Of a DNA stretch of 64,000 bases, positions 50,901 to 63,933 are shown in pieces. The notes beneath the pieces are model-generated. The model was not told the origin of the DNA, made no database searches, and saw only the letters and a program-made list of their open reading frames with translations. Positions within the stretch are counted from its first letter, which is position 1. Each line of letters starts with the position of its first letter. The translations under genes and the position numbers were made by a program. Origin of the DNA: Octopus sinensis (lineage: Eukaryota); contig NC_042999.1 of assembly GCF_006345805.1 (NCBI RefSeq), forward strand, positions 109,182,001 through 109,246,000. Direction: 5' to 3'.

Positions 50901-52769
50901 AAATTGCACATACTTTCATTTGCTATATTTTACAAGATTATAGTCTCAGAATTTGAGCTAAGAGGAATTTTTTTTTAGAAGCCTGGTTCCAAAAAATAAG
51001 AAGAAAGCTACTCCAAGATGTATGCTAAAATGAATATTATAAACAGATTTTCAAAAGACATAAAGGTCCAATGAGCATTGAAAAACAAAATTTTGTTTCA
51101 TATATAAGAAATTTTGCTTCATATATAAGTAAACACACGATCATTAAAACATAGAAAAAAAAATAACAAAAAGATAAATTAAAAGGGAAGAAAATTCCAA
51201 CACTCGTCTGTAGTCTAAGCTTCTTCATGCTACCATATACTATCTACAATTTCAGAAGTCTGGTAAAGATGAAGCAGTGTCTTAAAAGAAGCAATTATTC
51301 TAAACGAACATTGATAAATATATATTTTGCATTGTTTAATCATTTATTTATTTGGTTTTTGTTTTTGTTTTTTATTATTAATCAATATATAATAGAAAAT
51401 AGAAGAAATATTTTAAAAGGAAAATACTATTTATTTGAAAAACAGTTTTGATAAATTCAATTCTAATTTAAACAACAATTAATGTTTATTTTCATATTTC
51501 TGACAAATTGGATTAATTTCATATGTTTTAGAAGGTTCTTATTTCTTCTCTTGAAAACTGAATATTCTTAAATGTGAAAACCTATGCATGTATATATTTA
51601 AGGACAAAACTGTGTTTTAAAAATCAATACATGAGGCACTGGCTTGAGAGGAGTGGCTTAGCAGTAACCAACAAGAACAAAACAACGAGCTTTTCAATTA
51701 GTGAGTAAAATGAATATTGTAAAAACTTAAATTACAATCAAAATATTTTTATACAATCTTCCATAATATAATGAACATTGTTTAAAGTTATATGTTTCTG
51801 AAATTAATTCAAATGGAAAGTATCTTTCATATCAGTGTTATGACTATGATAACTATTAAGTCATGACTTGTTATAGATATTTACATGGAAAAATGTGTAT
51901 AGTATAGTCCCACATTTATTTGCATGTATGTAAATGTGTGCATGAGCATGTGTATATTTAAATGTGTAAGTTTCTATGCATTTATATGTGTGTGTGTGTG
52001 TTTTGTGCTCACCTCTTTTACCTTCTTTTTGTATATGTCTGTGAGCCAACTATATAGCACTTTTGTTGTTGTGCTGTTTAAGTGTTATTTTCTTACATCA
52101 GAATGCTAAATATAATTTGAGTGATGAGGTATTTATGATTATGTAAGATAGAAAGATGTGTTAAGGGAGTAAAAGATGAATCTTTTTCAGATGAGTTGCT
52201 TAAAAACAAGTAGGGGATAGAGATAGTGGTGGGTAGTGTTATTAGGTTTATGGCTATAAGAATAGGGTTTATTGATATTGATAGTATTAATTGTCGCAGT
52301 TGTCAAGGAAAATGTACTGCTGCTTTTTCAGCTGCTGCTAACATTGATGATGGTTGTGATACTGATGATGACAATGACAACAAAATCTGAAGCAAATCAT
52401 TACAAGAATGCACAACATGTAAAAAAATTGTGATGTAGAGATAGAAAGTGCATTTCTAAAGCTCAGTTAAAATCAATAATTCAGAAGACCAGATAGGTTG
52501 AAATGAATTTAAGACAAGCAATTGGCACCAGCAGCCTAGAGTAGGTAAATGTGGCCTAACATAGAGATAGCTTTAGCTGTAGCTCCACTCTGACATCATG
52601 AGAAAATGAATTAGCTTCTGGTGTTTAAAAAAAGAAACAAACGAAAAAAAAAAGCAGCAGATTTTATTTTGTCTTTCTATTGATATCAGAAAGCCTAACT
52701 GGTCTTTCTGAAATGCATACATACATACATATATACATACATACATACATACATACATACATACATACG

Positions 52770-52800
<31 letters not shown>

Positions 52801-53026
52801 TTGTGTGCGTATGTGTGTTGTATCTGTTTGTGTTGATGCATACATACACAGATACATACACACACGTGTATATCATCATCACCATCATTATCACTTAATA
52901 TCTGTATCCCATGCTGGCATGGGTTGGATGATTTGATAAGATGTTAAATGTTGATGATGATGATGATGATGGTCATGGTGATGATATGTGTGTGTGTGTA
53001 TCTATGCATATGTATACATATATATG

Positions 53027-53260
53027 TGGGGTAGGGTTAGTGGTTAGCATTTTACACTCATGATCATTAGATTGTAGTTTCAAGTCCAGGGCTAAGCAAT
53101 ATATTGTTCTCTTGAGCAAAACACTTCATTTCACACTATTTCCAAATGAGTAATCCTGCAATGGACTGGCATCCTATCCAGGGTTGAGAGTATATATGCT
53201 ATATGCTACAGAATCTGGGAAACCAGCCTTAGGAGCCTATGGTTCAGGAATGAACTTTGA
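53027..53260 (+). mobile_element. tRNA-derived SINE family C, degenerate
   Basis: gggttagtggttagc...gttctcttgagcaaaacacttcatttcac. Another decayed copy at about 42630-42845(-). Confidence 0.65.
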
Positions 53261-53271
53261 TCATTTTGATA

Positions 53272-53762
53272 CATATCTTTTACTTGTTTCACTCATTAGA
53301 AAGTGGCCATGCTGGGCCACTGCATTGAATATTTAGTTGAACCAATCTACGCCGGGACTTCTTATTTAAGCCTGATACTTACTCCATTGATCCCTTTTGC
53401 TGAACTGCTAAGTTGCAGGGGTGTAAACACACCAACACCTGGTTGTTAAGCAGTGGTGGTAGTGTGGGATGGGACAAACACAGTCACAAAGATGCGCGCA
53501 CACACACACACACCTATTTGTGTTTGTATGTATATATATATGTATATATATATATATGTATATGTATGTGTATATGCATATATATATATATGTATATGTA
53601 TATATATGACAAGCTCTTTCAGTTCCCATCTACCAAATCCATTCACAATGTTTTGATTAATCTGAGGCTATAGTAGAAAACACTTGCCCAAGGTGCTATG
53701 CAGTAGGACAGAACTTGGAACTGTGTGGTTGGGAAGCAAGCTTCTTACCATGCATCGATGCC
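53272..53762 (-). mobile_element. SINE family A
   Basis: Full-length reverse copy with expanded central TA tract. Confidence 0.85.
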
Positions 53763-53810
53763 TTCACCTGTATATAGTTTAAAGTACAACTTATACTTTT
53801 TTTTAAAACA

Positions 53811-54540
53811 TACATACAATTCCTGCAGGAACATGGGCGCTCACTTAGCAACATAGAAGTTAAAATCTTGTCCACACATAGAACAGACACAACGCTTAGA
53901 CAAATTGCAGAAGCTATACACATAATAGAAGATAAACCTAGTCTGAATAGGAAACTGGAATGGAACACTAGCACACACTCCCAACACACTACAACATATG
54001 ACAGAATAAGATCCCCATAAACTGATAACAATATGAACAAAATATATTACAATACACAGATAAACAAATGGAATTAAATAACTATATTAAATTAAATTAA
54101 ATACAAAAAATAGGAAGAATAGAAAAAAATAAGTAGGTATAAACACAAGAACTAAACAAATAAAAACAAAGTAAACAAACGCGTATAAACAGGGGATACA
54201 GATATTATAGGGCCCACCCACCCCACACACACGCACTTACTAAACATAGACACACATTGGGATATATGCATATGCAAATAAAGACACGCAATAGGAATAC
54301 AAAATATAAAATGGCTGATCATTTGTAAGGAAAGACATACAAATAAGAAAGAAGAAAGCAATGATGAGGTCACAGAAGTGTGACGAAAAAATTCTGGCTG
54401 AAATATGATTAATGTAAAAATAAATAAAGCTGAAGCAAATTCACACCAAATATATAGTGCATGTGTTTTATTGGTTAAACTGGCAACATGACCATCCCCA
54501 AATACAACAATATTTGTTTCAACGCATGGCTTCACATCAA
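53811..54540 (+). mobile_element. Penelope-like element 3' fragment (GIY-YIG C-terminus plus 3' UTR)
   Basis: 53811-54020 reads YIQFLQEHGRSLSNIEVKILSTHRTDTTLRQIAEAIHIIEDKPSLNRKLEW, matching the KIL...R...EA..I....P.LN pattern of PLE endonucleases. Confidence 0.65.
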
Positions 54541-54571
54541 GAATCTTGCAAAATGAATATATAAACGTATA

Positions 54572-54641
<70 letters not shown>

Positions 54642-55059
54642 TAGATAGATAGATATGTAGGGAAAGAAAGAAGATGAAAAAACAGAAAATTTTTTACAAG
54701 ACTTAAAAATGTACTTAAAACATCATGGCAACAGTATTACACAATATTACATAAAATAAGATTTTATCCTCACTTAAACAAAATTTCTCATTTCGAATTG
54801 CTTCTAACACTTGAACTTTTAAAAGCTTCAGCGAAACTGGTCACTTTATTAGAGGAAAAAAATTTTATTTTGTATAATATTATATAATACTTTTGCCATG
54901 ACGATTTAAATATATTCTTTAGTCTCGTAAAACAAATCTTCTGTGTTTTTCCTCGAATTTCTTTCCTTATATATTCAACTACCTGTAATCACCAACCACA
55001 CTTTCTCACACACTATGTATATGTGGAAGCAAGGTCTAGAATTGATGGGGTTTAGGACC

Positions 55060-55900
55060 AACCTTGCAAAAACCAAAATCTTAGTAAGAAAGTAGGAAAG
55101 CTGTCAAACCACAATTCCCTTCAGGTAGATGGCCCTGTTCGATCTGTAGAAAAGGCATGGGTAGAAACTCCATACGATGTACCTGGTGTAAGCTATGGAC
55201 ACATAAAAGGTGCAACAATCAAAGGAAGGTTAACTGGGAAAATAGTTTTTGTGTGTGATAGATGCACAGGGGCAATAAACACTGAAGATGTACAGAAAAC
55301 AGATTCCATCACATGCCAGAGGAGAAAGTAGTAGTTAATAGCTTTCACTACCAAGGTGACCAAGTCTGTAGTGGAGATGGTTGCTCCGAGAGTGTAGCAG
55401 CTGGAATAAGAATAGTCCTGGGCAAAGTTCAGGGAGCTCCTGCCTCTCACTCAGGATGAAAGGTAGACTGTATGATGCATGTGTGCAAACTGCCATGTTA
55501 CATGGCATTGAAACATGGGTCATGACTGCTGAGGACATGCATAGGCTTGAAAGAAATGAAGCTAGTATGATCCACTGGATGTGTAATGTTAGTGTGCATA
55601 CACGAAAGAGTATAAGTGCCCTGAGAGAAAAGTTGGGCATAAGAAGCATCAAATGTGGTGTGCAAGAGAGAGGACTGTGCTGGTATGGTCATGTATTCTG
55701 TTTGGATGAAGACAGCTGCATGAGGAAGTGCCACTCCTTAACTGTGGAAGACATGGGATGAGGTGGTGAAGTATGACCTTTGAACATTGGGCTTCACAGA
55801 GGCAATGACAGGAGACTAGGACTTTTGGAGATATGCTGTGATTGAGAAGACCTGGCAACAAAAGTGAGATTGCAGCCACACATGTCCAGCCCTGTTAAGT
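55060..55900 (+). mobile_element. Degenerate copy of the PHD-containing RTE LINE
   Basis: SGRWPCSICRKGMGRNSIRCTWCKLWTHKRC and SLRMKGRLYDACVQTAMLHGIETW match the intact copy; frameshifts present. Confidence 0.9.
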
Positions 55901-57507
55901 ATACCTCTAATGCATCAGGCAATATGATATGAAAAAAAAATGGAGAAAGAAAAGGAAAAAACATTTTTTGTATGGATTAACAGTTCAACATAACACAATA
56001 GCCAGAAGAAAACTGTATGGAAGGGAGATAATTATGGTGACCCAGCTGAACAAATTTATTCTCATGTGTGTATGTGTATGTGAGTGTGTATGTAAAAATG
56101 GAGGTGAGTATGTGAGTATGTATGTGTGGCAAACTGAAAAATAGTGAACCTGTGTGTGTATGTATGTGTGTAAGTGACCCAGTGCGTACATTATGTGGAG
56201 TGATATGTATCACATGCACTGGTATGTATGTGTGTGTGTGTGTGTGTGCATATGGCCATATATGTGTCAAAACATTAAATTAACAATAGGCACAAGGTCT
56301 GCAATTTTGAAGGATTACGTTGACCATAGTGCTTAACTGGTAGTTATTTCATTGACCCTGGAAGGATGAAAGGCAAGGTCTACCTTAGTGGAATTTGAAC
56401 TCAGAACATAAAGACAAACGAAATGGTACCTACCATTTTGCCTGGTGTGCTTATAATTTTGCCAGCTTGCTACCTAAATGAATTAATAAGTTATATTTAA
56501 TAATGATTAATGAGTAAGTAGTTAAATACTTTTAACATGGGAAAGGTTGCCAGTGACTTTCAAGTTTTGGATTACAGGCTGTTATTGTTAAATTGTTTAT
56601 ATGTATTGTACTATATGTATAACTTCACATAAAGCAAATATTATATATATATGTGTGTGTGTGATTTATATATATACACACACACATGCAAAGAAACACA
56701 TATACATACATACATATATATATACATACATATATATATTATATATATATGTGTGTTTACATATATATATATATATATAAGGAGAGTTTACATATGTATA
56801 TATGTGTGTGTGTGTATATATATATATGTATATTTCTAGTTTCAGCTCAGAGCTGTGGCCATATATATATATATATATATATATATACTTACATACATAC
56901 ATACATGCATACATACATACATGTATATATATGTTTTGTTGTTGACATTTTTGTTTTGAAATGTAATATTACCAATTTCAATTTGTAAATCTTTAACATT
57001 GCTATGGGCTTACATTTTTAAATCTAATATTGTAATGAATAACAATTCATAGACTGAATATACAAATGTAATAATATTACATATTTTTTTTTATTGGGGA
57101 GATCAGTTCCTATCTAGACACCACATCATGGTGAGATGTGTTAGTCATGAGGGGGAATATATTTCGCTCAGTACAATGTAAGCTATTAAAGAAGTTATGT
57201 ACTTAATAATTGTCAAGCCTATATTTTTGTGGAAGTTTGACACCTTTACCGAATTTAAATATTATGCATTATCTGCACACTTACACACACACACACACCA
57301 CACACACACGTGCATACACTTGTGCACACACACATGCCTTCATATATAAAACGATATTGTTTACATATATTGATATCATTTAGAATGTGTGCTGGTATAC
57401 ATACAAGAATACATACATAAGTGTACACATAAATACATATAGATATACGCACATGTAAATATATATATTTACAGATATTTAATGTGTGTGTGTGTGTTGA
57501 AATATAT

Positions 57508-58049
57508 CATCATCATCATCATCATCATTTAGCGTCCGTTTTCCATGCTAGCATGGGTTGGACGGTTCAACTGGGGTCTGGGGAGCCCGAAGGCTGCACC
57601 AGGCCAGTCAGATCTGGCAGTGTTTCTACAGCTGGATGCCCTTCCTAACGCCAACCACTCCGAGAGTGTAGTGGGTGATTTTATGTGCCACCGACACAGG
57701 TGCCAGACGAGGCTGGCGAACGGCCACGCTCGGATGGTGTTTTTATGTGCCACCGACACAGGTGCCAGACGAGGCTGGCAGACGGCCACGCTCGGATGGG
57801 TTTTTATGTGCCACCGACACAGGTGCCAGATGAGGCTGGCGGACGGCCACGATCGGATGGTGTTTGTTACGTCCCCAAGCACGGAGGCCAGTCTATGCGG
57901 TACTGGCTACGGCCACGTTCGGATGATTTTCTTGTGTGCCACCGGCACTGGTACCACAAAGATACAAATTCCATTATGTTCATCTATTTTGATTTGTTTT
58001 GATTTGATTGATTTGATTTGATTTTCACTTGATTTGATTTGATTTTCAC
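57508..58049 (-). mobile_element. Young 5'-truncated RTE 3' UTR copy with three 62-bp units
   Basis: Nearly identical to 59008-59705; (CAT)n tail. Confidence 0.92.
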
Positions 58050-58086
58050 AATATATATATATATATATTTATTTCTCTCTCTCTCT

Positions 58087-58127
<41 letters not shown>

Positions 58128-59180
58128 CCATATACATATACCATATACATATATATACATATGTATATTTGATGGCTGCCCCCTCGTTATTGAGTATGGT
58201 CATTGCACGAAGCTTAACTGTTATTGGTGCTGTGATTGAATGTGACTTTTATTTGCTTTTTAAAGCTACAGCCAACCATTCAGTTGAGACTCACAGCACC
58301 ATCAACAATCATGAACAATGTTGTTATTGTGCAATGCCTGTGCAGGAAGATTTTTTTAAAGTGAGGAAAGGCTGTGCACTGAGTCAATCCCACTCACTAA
58401 GCAACAGCAGCCATAATCGAAAAGAAGAACAAGTTAACATCATTGGTAACCATTGAGCCGCACGTTTTATGTCGGAGTTATCCCAGTTACCTGAGTTACC
58501 TTCTCCTAGAAGGATGCCCTAACAAAGGCTAGGAGTCCTTCACTTCCAATGGTTTAATCGCGCGATCGGGTATTCAGTCCGATTATTTCTATGTCCCCAC
58601 GCATGATACAGCCTTAAGACTTGAGAAAAAAAAAAAATTTCACATTTATTGGATGGCTGTTGACTCTCAAGAGTTCCTCCGCCCTTTGACGGGTTTTGCT
58701 TTTCATCCTGCAAGGTGTCCAATAAACACCCTCCTCACCAAGCAAGCTTGGTGGGGTTGCCGGTTTAGTCGCCGATGGCCCGACCATGCAACAGGTTGTA
58801 CTGGGTTACTTGTTACCAGTAGCACTCGAAAGTGACCTGACATAATATGTATACATACATACATACATGCATACATACATACATACAGATAGATAAATAG
58901 ATTCATACATGTATATGTATGTATATGGTATATATATATATGGTATATGGTATATATATATACATATGTATATATACCATATACCATATATATATATATA
59001 TATATATCATCATCATCATCATCATCATCATTTAACGTCCGCTTTCCATGCTAGCATGGGTTGGACGGTTCAACTGGGGTCTGGGGAGCCCGAAGGCTGC
59101 ACCAGGCCAGTCAGATCTGGCAGTGTTTCTACAGCTGGATGCCCTTCCTAACGCCAACCACTCCGAGAGTGTAGTGGGTG

Positions 59181-59560
59181 ATTTTATGTGCCACCGACAC
59201 AGGTGCCAGATGAGGCTGGCGAACGGCCACGCTCGGATGGTGTTTTTATGTGCCACCGACACAGGTGCCAGACGAAGCTGGCGAACGGCCACGCTCGGAT
59301 GGTGTTTTTATGTGCGACCGACACAGGTGCCAGACAAGGCTGGCAGACGACCATGCTCGGATGGTGTTTTTATGTGCCACCGACACAGGTGCCAGACGAG
59401 GCTGGCGAACGGCCACGCTCGGATGGTGTTTTTATGTGCCTCCGACACAGGTGCCAGACAAGGCTAGCAGACGACCACGCTCGGATGGTGTTTTTTTATG
59501 TGCCACCGACACAGGAGCCAGATTAGGCTGGCGATCGGCCACGATTGGATGGTGATTGTT
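59181..59560. repeat. 62-bp tandem array, six units
   Basis: Unit tttttatgtgccaccgacacaggtgccagacgaggctggcgaacggccacgctcggatggtg. Confidence 0.95.
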
Positions 59561-59797
59561 ACGTGCCCACAGCATGGAGGCCAGTCGGTGCGGTACTGGC
59601 TACGGCCACGTTCGGATGGTTTTCTTGTGTGCCACCGGCACTGGTACCACAAGGATACAAATTCCATTGATGTTCATCTATTTTGATTTTGTTTGATTTT
59701 CACTTGCCTCAACATGTCTTCACAAGTATCACAAGAAGGAAGGTATGCACAGGTGGACTGACTACATCCCAGGTAGGGGCCACGGGTTATGGCCTGA

Positions 59798-61369
59798 CTA
59801 GTCTTGCCGGGTCTTCTCACGCACAGCATACTTCCATAGGTCTCGGTCTCTAGTCATTTCCTTGGTGAGACCTAAACTTCGTAGGTCGTGCTTCACCACT
59901 TCGTCCCAGGTTTTCCTGGGTCTACCTCTTCCACAGGTTCCCTCAACTGCTAGGGTGTAGCACTTTTGCACACAACTATCTTCAGCCATTCTCGTCATAT
60001 GACCATACCAGCGCAGCCGTCTCTCTTGCACACCACAATTGACGCTTCTTAGGTTCAACTTTTCTCTCAAGGTACTTACACTCTGACGATTATGAACACT
60101 GACATTACACATCCATCGGAGCATACTGGCTTCATTTCTAGCGAGCTTACGCATATCCTCAGCAGTCACGGCCCATGTTTCACTACCATGTAGCATGGCT
60201 GTACGTACACATGCATCATAAAGTCTGCCTTTTACTCTGAGCGAGAGGCCTTTTGTCACCAGCAGGAGTAAGAGCTCTCTAAACTTTGCCCAGGCTATTC
60301 TTACTCTAGCAGTTACACTTTCAGCACACCCACCCCCGCTACTAACTTGGTCTCCTAGGTAGCGGAAGCTATCAACTACTTCTAGTTTGTCTCCCTGGAA
60401 CGTGGTAGAAGTTGGTCTCTGCACATTTCCAGTGTTTATTTCTCCTGAGCATCTGCCACATACGAAAACTATCTTCCCAGTTAGCCTACCTTTGACATTG
60501 CTGCACCTCTTATGTGTCCATAGCTTACACTTGGTGCACCTTATAGAGTTTCTACCTACACCTTTTTTACAGATCGAGCAGGGCCATCTACCTGAAGTCG
60601 TTTGTGGTTGGTCCACCTCCCTACTTATTAGGACTTTGGTTTTGGCTAGGTTGACTCTAAGGCCCTTCGATTCTAATCCTTGTTTCCACACCTGAAACTT
60701 CTCCTCCAGTTCTGATAGTGACTCAGCAATTAGAGCAAGGTCATCAGCATAGAGGAGCTCCCAGGGGCATCCTGTCTTAAATTCTTCCGTTATTGCCTGG
60801 AGGACTATGATAAATAGGAGGGGGCTGAGGACTGAACCTTGGTGGACCCCAACCTCTACCCGGAATTCTTCACTGTACTCGTTGCCAACCCTCACCTTAC
60901 TAGCTGCGTCTCTGTACATGGCTCGCACAGCTCTCACTAACCATTCATCTATCCCTAGTTTCCTCATTGACCACCAGATAAGGGATCGGGGGACCCTGTC
61001 AAAGGCTTTCTCCAAGTCAACAAAAGCCAGGTACAAAGGCTTACCTTTGACTAGGTATTTCTCCTGCAGCTGTCTTACCAGGAATATAGCATCAGTAGTA
61101 CTTTTCCCTGGCACGAACCCAAACTGCATATCATCTAAGCTAACTCTCTCTCTAATTAACTGGGCTATAACCCTCTCCGTAACCTTCATTACCTGATCCA
61201 ACAGCTTGATGCCCCTGTAGTTATTTGTATCTAGGGCATCGCCTTTACCTTTGTAGCAGTTGACTATTATGCTGCTACACCAGTCATTGGGTATGACTCC
61301 TTCGTGTATCACCTGGTTAACTATATGGGTGACTATGCTATAGCCGACACTACCAGATATTTTGAGCAT
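59798..61369 (-). CDS. RTE reverse transcriptase (N-truncated) with internal PHD finger
   Basis: YRGIKLL, QFGFVPGKSTTDAIF, DLEKAFD, QGSVLSP, YADD, GLRVNLAKTK, FRYLG, LRWYGH, GRPRKTW. The ORF-track start at 61414 lies in flanking microsatellite. Confidence 0.95.
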   Translation of the reverse strand: MLKISGSVGYSIVTHIVNQVIHEGVIPNDWCSSIIVNCYKGKGDALDTNNYRGIKLLDQVMKVTERVIAQLIRERVSLDDMQFGFVPGKSTTDAIFLVRQLQEKYLVKGKPLYLAFVDLEKAFDRVPRSLIWWSMRKLGIDEWLVRAVRAMYRDAASKVRVGNEYSEEFRVEVGVHQGSVLSPLLFIIVLQAITEEFKTGCPWELLYADDLALIAESLSELEEKFQVWKQGLESKGLRVNLAKTKVLISREVDQPQTTSGRWPCSICKKGVGRNSIRCTKCKLWTHKRCSNVKGRLTGKIVFVCGRCSGEINTGNVQRPTSTTFQGDKLEVVDSFRYLGDQVSSGGGCAESVTARVRIAWAKFRELLLLLVTKGLSLRVKGRLYDACVRTAMLHGSETWAVTAEDMRKLARNEASMLRWMCNVSVHNRQSVSTLREKLNLRSVNCGVQERRLRWYGHMTRMAEDSCVQKCYTLAVEGTCGRGRPRKTWDEVVKHDLRSLGLTKEMTRDRDLWKYAVREKTRQD

Positions 61370-61451
61370 CATATATATATATATATATATTGTATATATA
61401 CCATATACATACATATATATGTATGAATCTATCTATCTGTCTGTCTGGCTT

Positions 61452-61502
<51 letters not shown>

Positions 61503-62506
61503 CTCTCTATGTATGTATGTATGTATGTATGTATGTATGTATGTATGTGTGTGTGTGTATGTATGTATGTATGTATGTATGCATGTATACATGTATGTAT
61601 AGGTATGTTCAATTTGTTCTGGTTTTAATTTTTTAAATTCTTCTCTTGAAGAAGGAGTTAGTTTCTAACAAAGATACAAAGCTCCATTGTTTGAGTGTAG
61701 ATAATAAAGTAGTGTCACATTTTAAACTTGAGAGAATCTTGCATATTTTTACCATTCCACTTACAGATTGTATTTGTTATGTGTGGTTACTTGATTGCTT
61801 TCTTTCCTGAGAACCCAAGTTTATCTAAATTGTCACTTAAGCATTTACTCACAAAACCAAGCGCTCCAATTATTATTGATATAACTGTGAATTTATTATC
61901 TGGATATAAAAGCTGGAGGTTTCAAATCAGTTGTCCATAGTTAAGCTCTTTTTCTTTGATTTTCAAAGAGATATCCACATCAGCAGGACAGCTGGCCTCT
62001 ATGATGCCACATATTTTTCTTGTCTATCATCATCATCATCATCATTTAACGTCTGTTTTCCATTCTGGCATGGGTTGGATTATTTGACTGAGATCTGAAA
62101 AGCCAACAACTGCACCAGGCTCCAATCTGACCTGGCAATATTTCTACAGCTGGATGCCTTTCCTAACACCAACCACTCCGAGAGTGTAGTGGGCACTTTT
62201 TACGTGTCTCTAGCACAGGAGCCAATCAGGTGGGCCTGGCATCAATCACATTTGGATAGTGCTTTTTACATGCCACCAAAGAATGTCCAGTCTGTTATGT
62301 TTGACAGATATTTTGATGGGAATGCTCCATTAGTATTCCTTGTGTTGATGTTTGTATATGTATTCAATAACAGAATTCTCTATATCTATTCCAAGAAAGT
62401 CTATTTTCTGAATGGCATTGTGCATTGTTTTTCCCACAATGTTGTGTCACTTAGGGAGATAGTACCTTGATGACATTTTTGGGCAGCCACTAATCACATG
62501 TGTGAT

Positions 62507-62850
62507 GTCTTTCACAAGAACTTGAGGCTTTATGCATATAAAGTGCAACTTTTTCAAGCACTTCAGCCAGATGACAAACCTCAAAGGTAACAATTTGCAG
62601 TGCACATGTTAACTTGAATAGATGAAGATGAAGGTGTCCTTCAAAAAGTTTGTTTCAGTGATATAGCAAAATTTCATGTATCAAGAATGTTAAATATGCA
62701 CAATATCAGGATTTGGGGTTTGGAAAACCCACTCAAAGCAAGAGGACTGGAGAGAAACCGTCAAAAAGTTAATGACTGGTGTATCCTCATGTTTGATTGA
62801 TTGATTCTATTCTTCATAAAAGAATAAAAATAAATAACACTACTTGAATG
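62507..62850 (+). mobile_element. Tc1/mariner-superfamily transposase relic
   Basis: HKNLRLYAYKVQLFQALQPDDKPQR*QFAVHMLT*IDEDEGVLQKVCFSDIAKFHVSRMLNMHNIRIWGLENP, the region around the first catalytic Asp (FSDE-like), with stops. Confidence 0.8.
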
Positions 62851-63368
62851 ATGGTGGTGCAATTCCCTGCAACCAGTCTGTATCAACTGTTCCTCTTTCT
62901 TGAAACAGCTGTAAGGGACTACCTGAACATCTTCCTCCTTCTTTTCATCTAGCTCTGAATTTTGTTAACCTATGATGACCTGCCTTAAATATATCTATTA
63001 TATTCAAGGTAATTATTCTACTGTTAACCTACTATCTAAGATCAATAATATGAACTTACCTAAGTTTACTAGCATATATCACAACCATTATGAACATTCC
63101 TCAACTGATCATTTATTGATCTCTTGTGATCTAAAATCCTGAAACATTCTTTTCTACATTCAAGTTGTATTAATGTATAAGCATATCAGCATCATATTTT
63201 GACTACATACTAGTTGTTTACCCATCTTTCTCTTTATTCTATTATACATGTACCAACTCGATTTAAATGCTGCCAATCTTCGTTTAGGCATCTACAACAT
63301 TCTTGCATTTTTAGTTGCAGCCCAAGTTGTAGTTTAGTCAAAAAGTCATCCTAAATCAAATGTATTTA

Positions 63369-63933
63369 TTGGGTTGTCCGGAAAGTTCATGCTGATTTTT
63401 AAAGGGAAGGAAAAGGTCAATAAATACTTGCCATTACATCTTTAATCAACCAGATATAAACCATTTTGTCGCACAATGTGTCTCCATCTTTCCTTTAACT
63501 TGAAAATACCCTCTTCCCAGAATTGAGGTGGTTTCATGGCAAAGAATTCATCAAAGTATCTTTTTACGTCATCCAAGGAATTGAAATTTTTACCATTAAG
63601 ACTATTCTGCAGAGACCTGAATAAGTGGAAATCCAAAGGAGCAATATTGGTGAATATGGAGGGTTGGGTAACACATCCCAGCTGAGCCGCGGCAATTTTT
63701 GTCTGGTTCCCAAAGCATCAAGTGCCGAAAATGAACTTTCTTATCTTTCATTTTAAAGAGTTACAAAATTAACACAGGTTATAGGAATATAAACCTTCTT
63801 CCATGAAAAGATAGCTTAAACTGTGCTCTAAATGGAGGTGTAATCAAATCCTATTTTATGGACTCAACCATGTTCTAAAATAAGTCGAAAGGTAAGCTTC
63901 TATAAATTGGCATGAACTTTCCGGACAACCTCA
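63369..63933 (-). mobile_element. Internally deleted mariner element, 565 bp
   Basis: TIRs ggttgtccggaaagttcatgc at both ends, TA flanks, transposase C-terminus (PPYSP, DFHLFRSLQNSLNGKNF...GIFKLKERW). Confidence 0.92.

Larger units (their letters stand above)
59008..61370 (-). mobile_element. Young 5'-truncated RTE LINE, about 2.36 kb
   Basis: Uninterrupted RT ORF, 3' UTR with six 62-bp units, (ATG)n tail on the element strand, inserted in (TA)n. Confidence 0.95.

Noticed and set aside
54780-54840. Minus-strand CUGAAGC...UCGAAA motif near the Penelope fragment
   Set aside because: A9 is absent and the helices do not close.
57545-58021. Repetitive ORFs (MCHRHRCQ / MPPTQVPDEAG)
   Set aside because: Antisense readings of the RTE 3' UTR tandem units.
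59181-59560. CRISPR-like regular array
   Set aside because: Head-to-tail 62-bp units with no unique spacers, inside a LINE 3' UTR, no cas genes.
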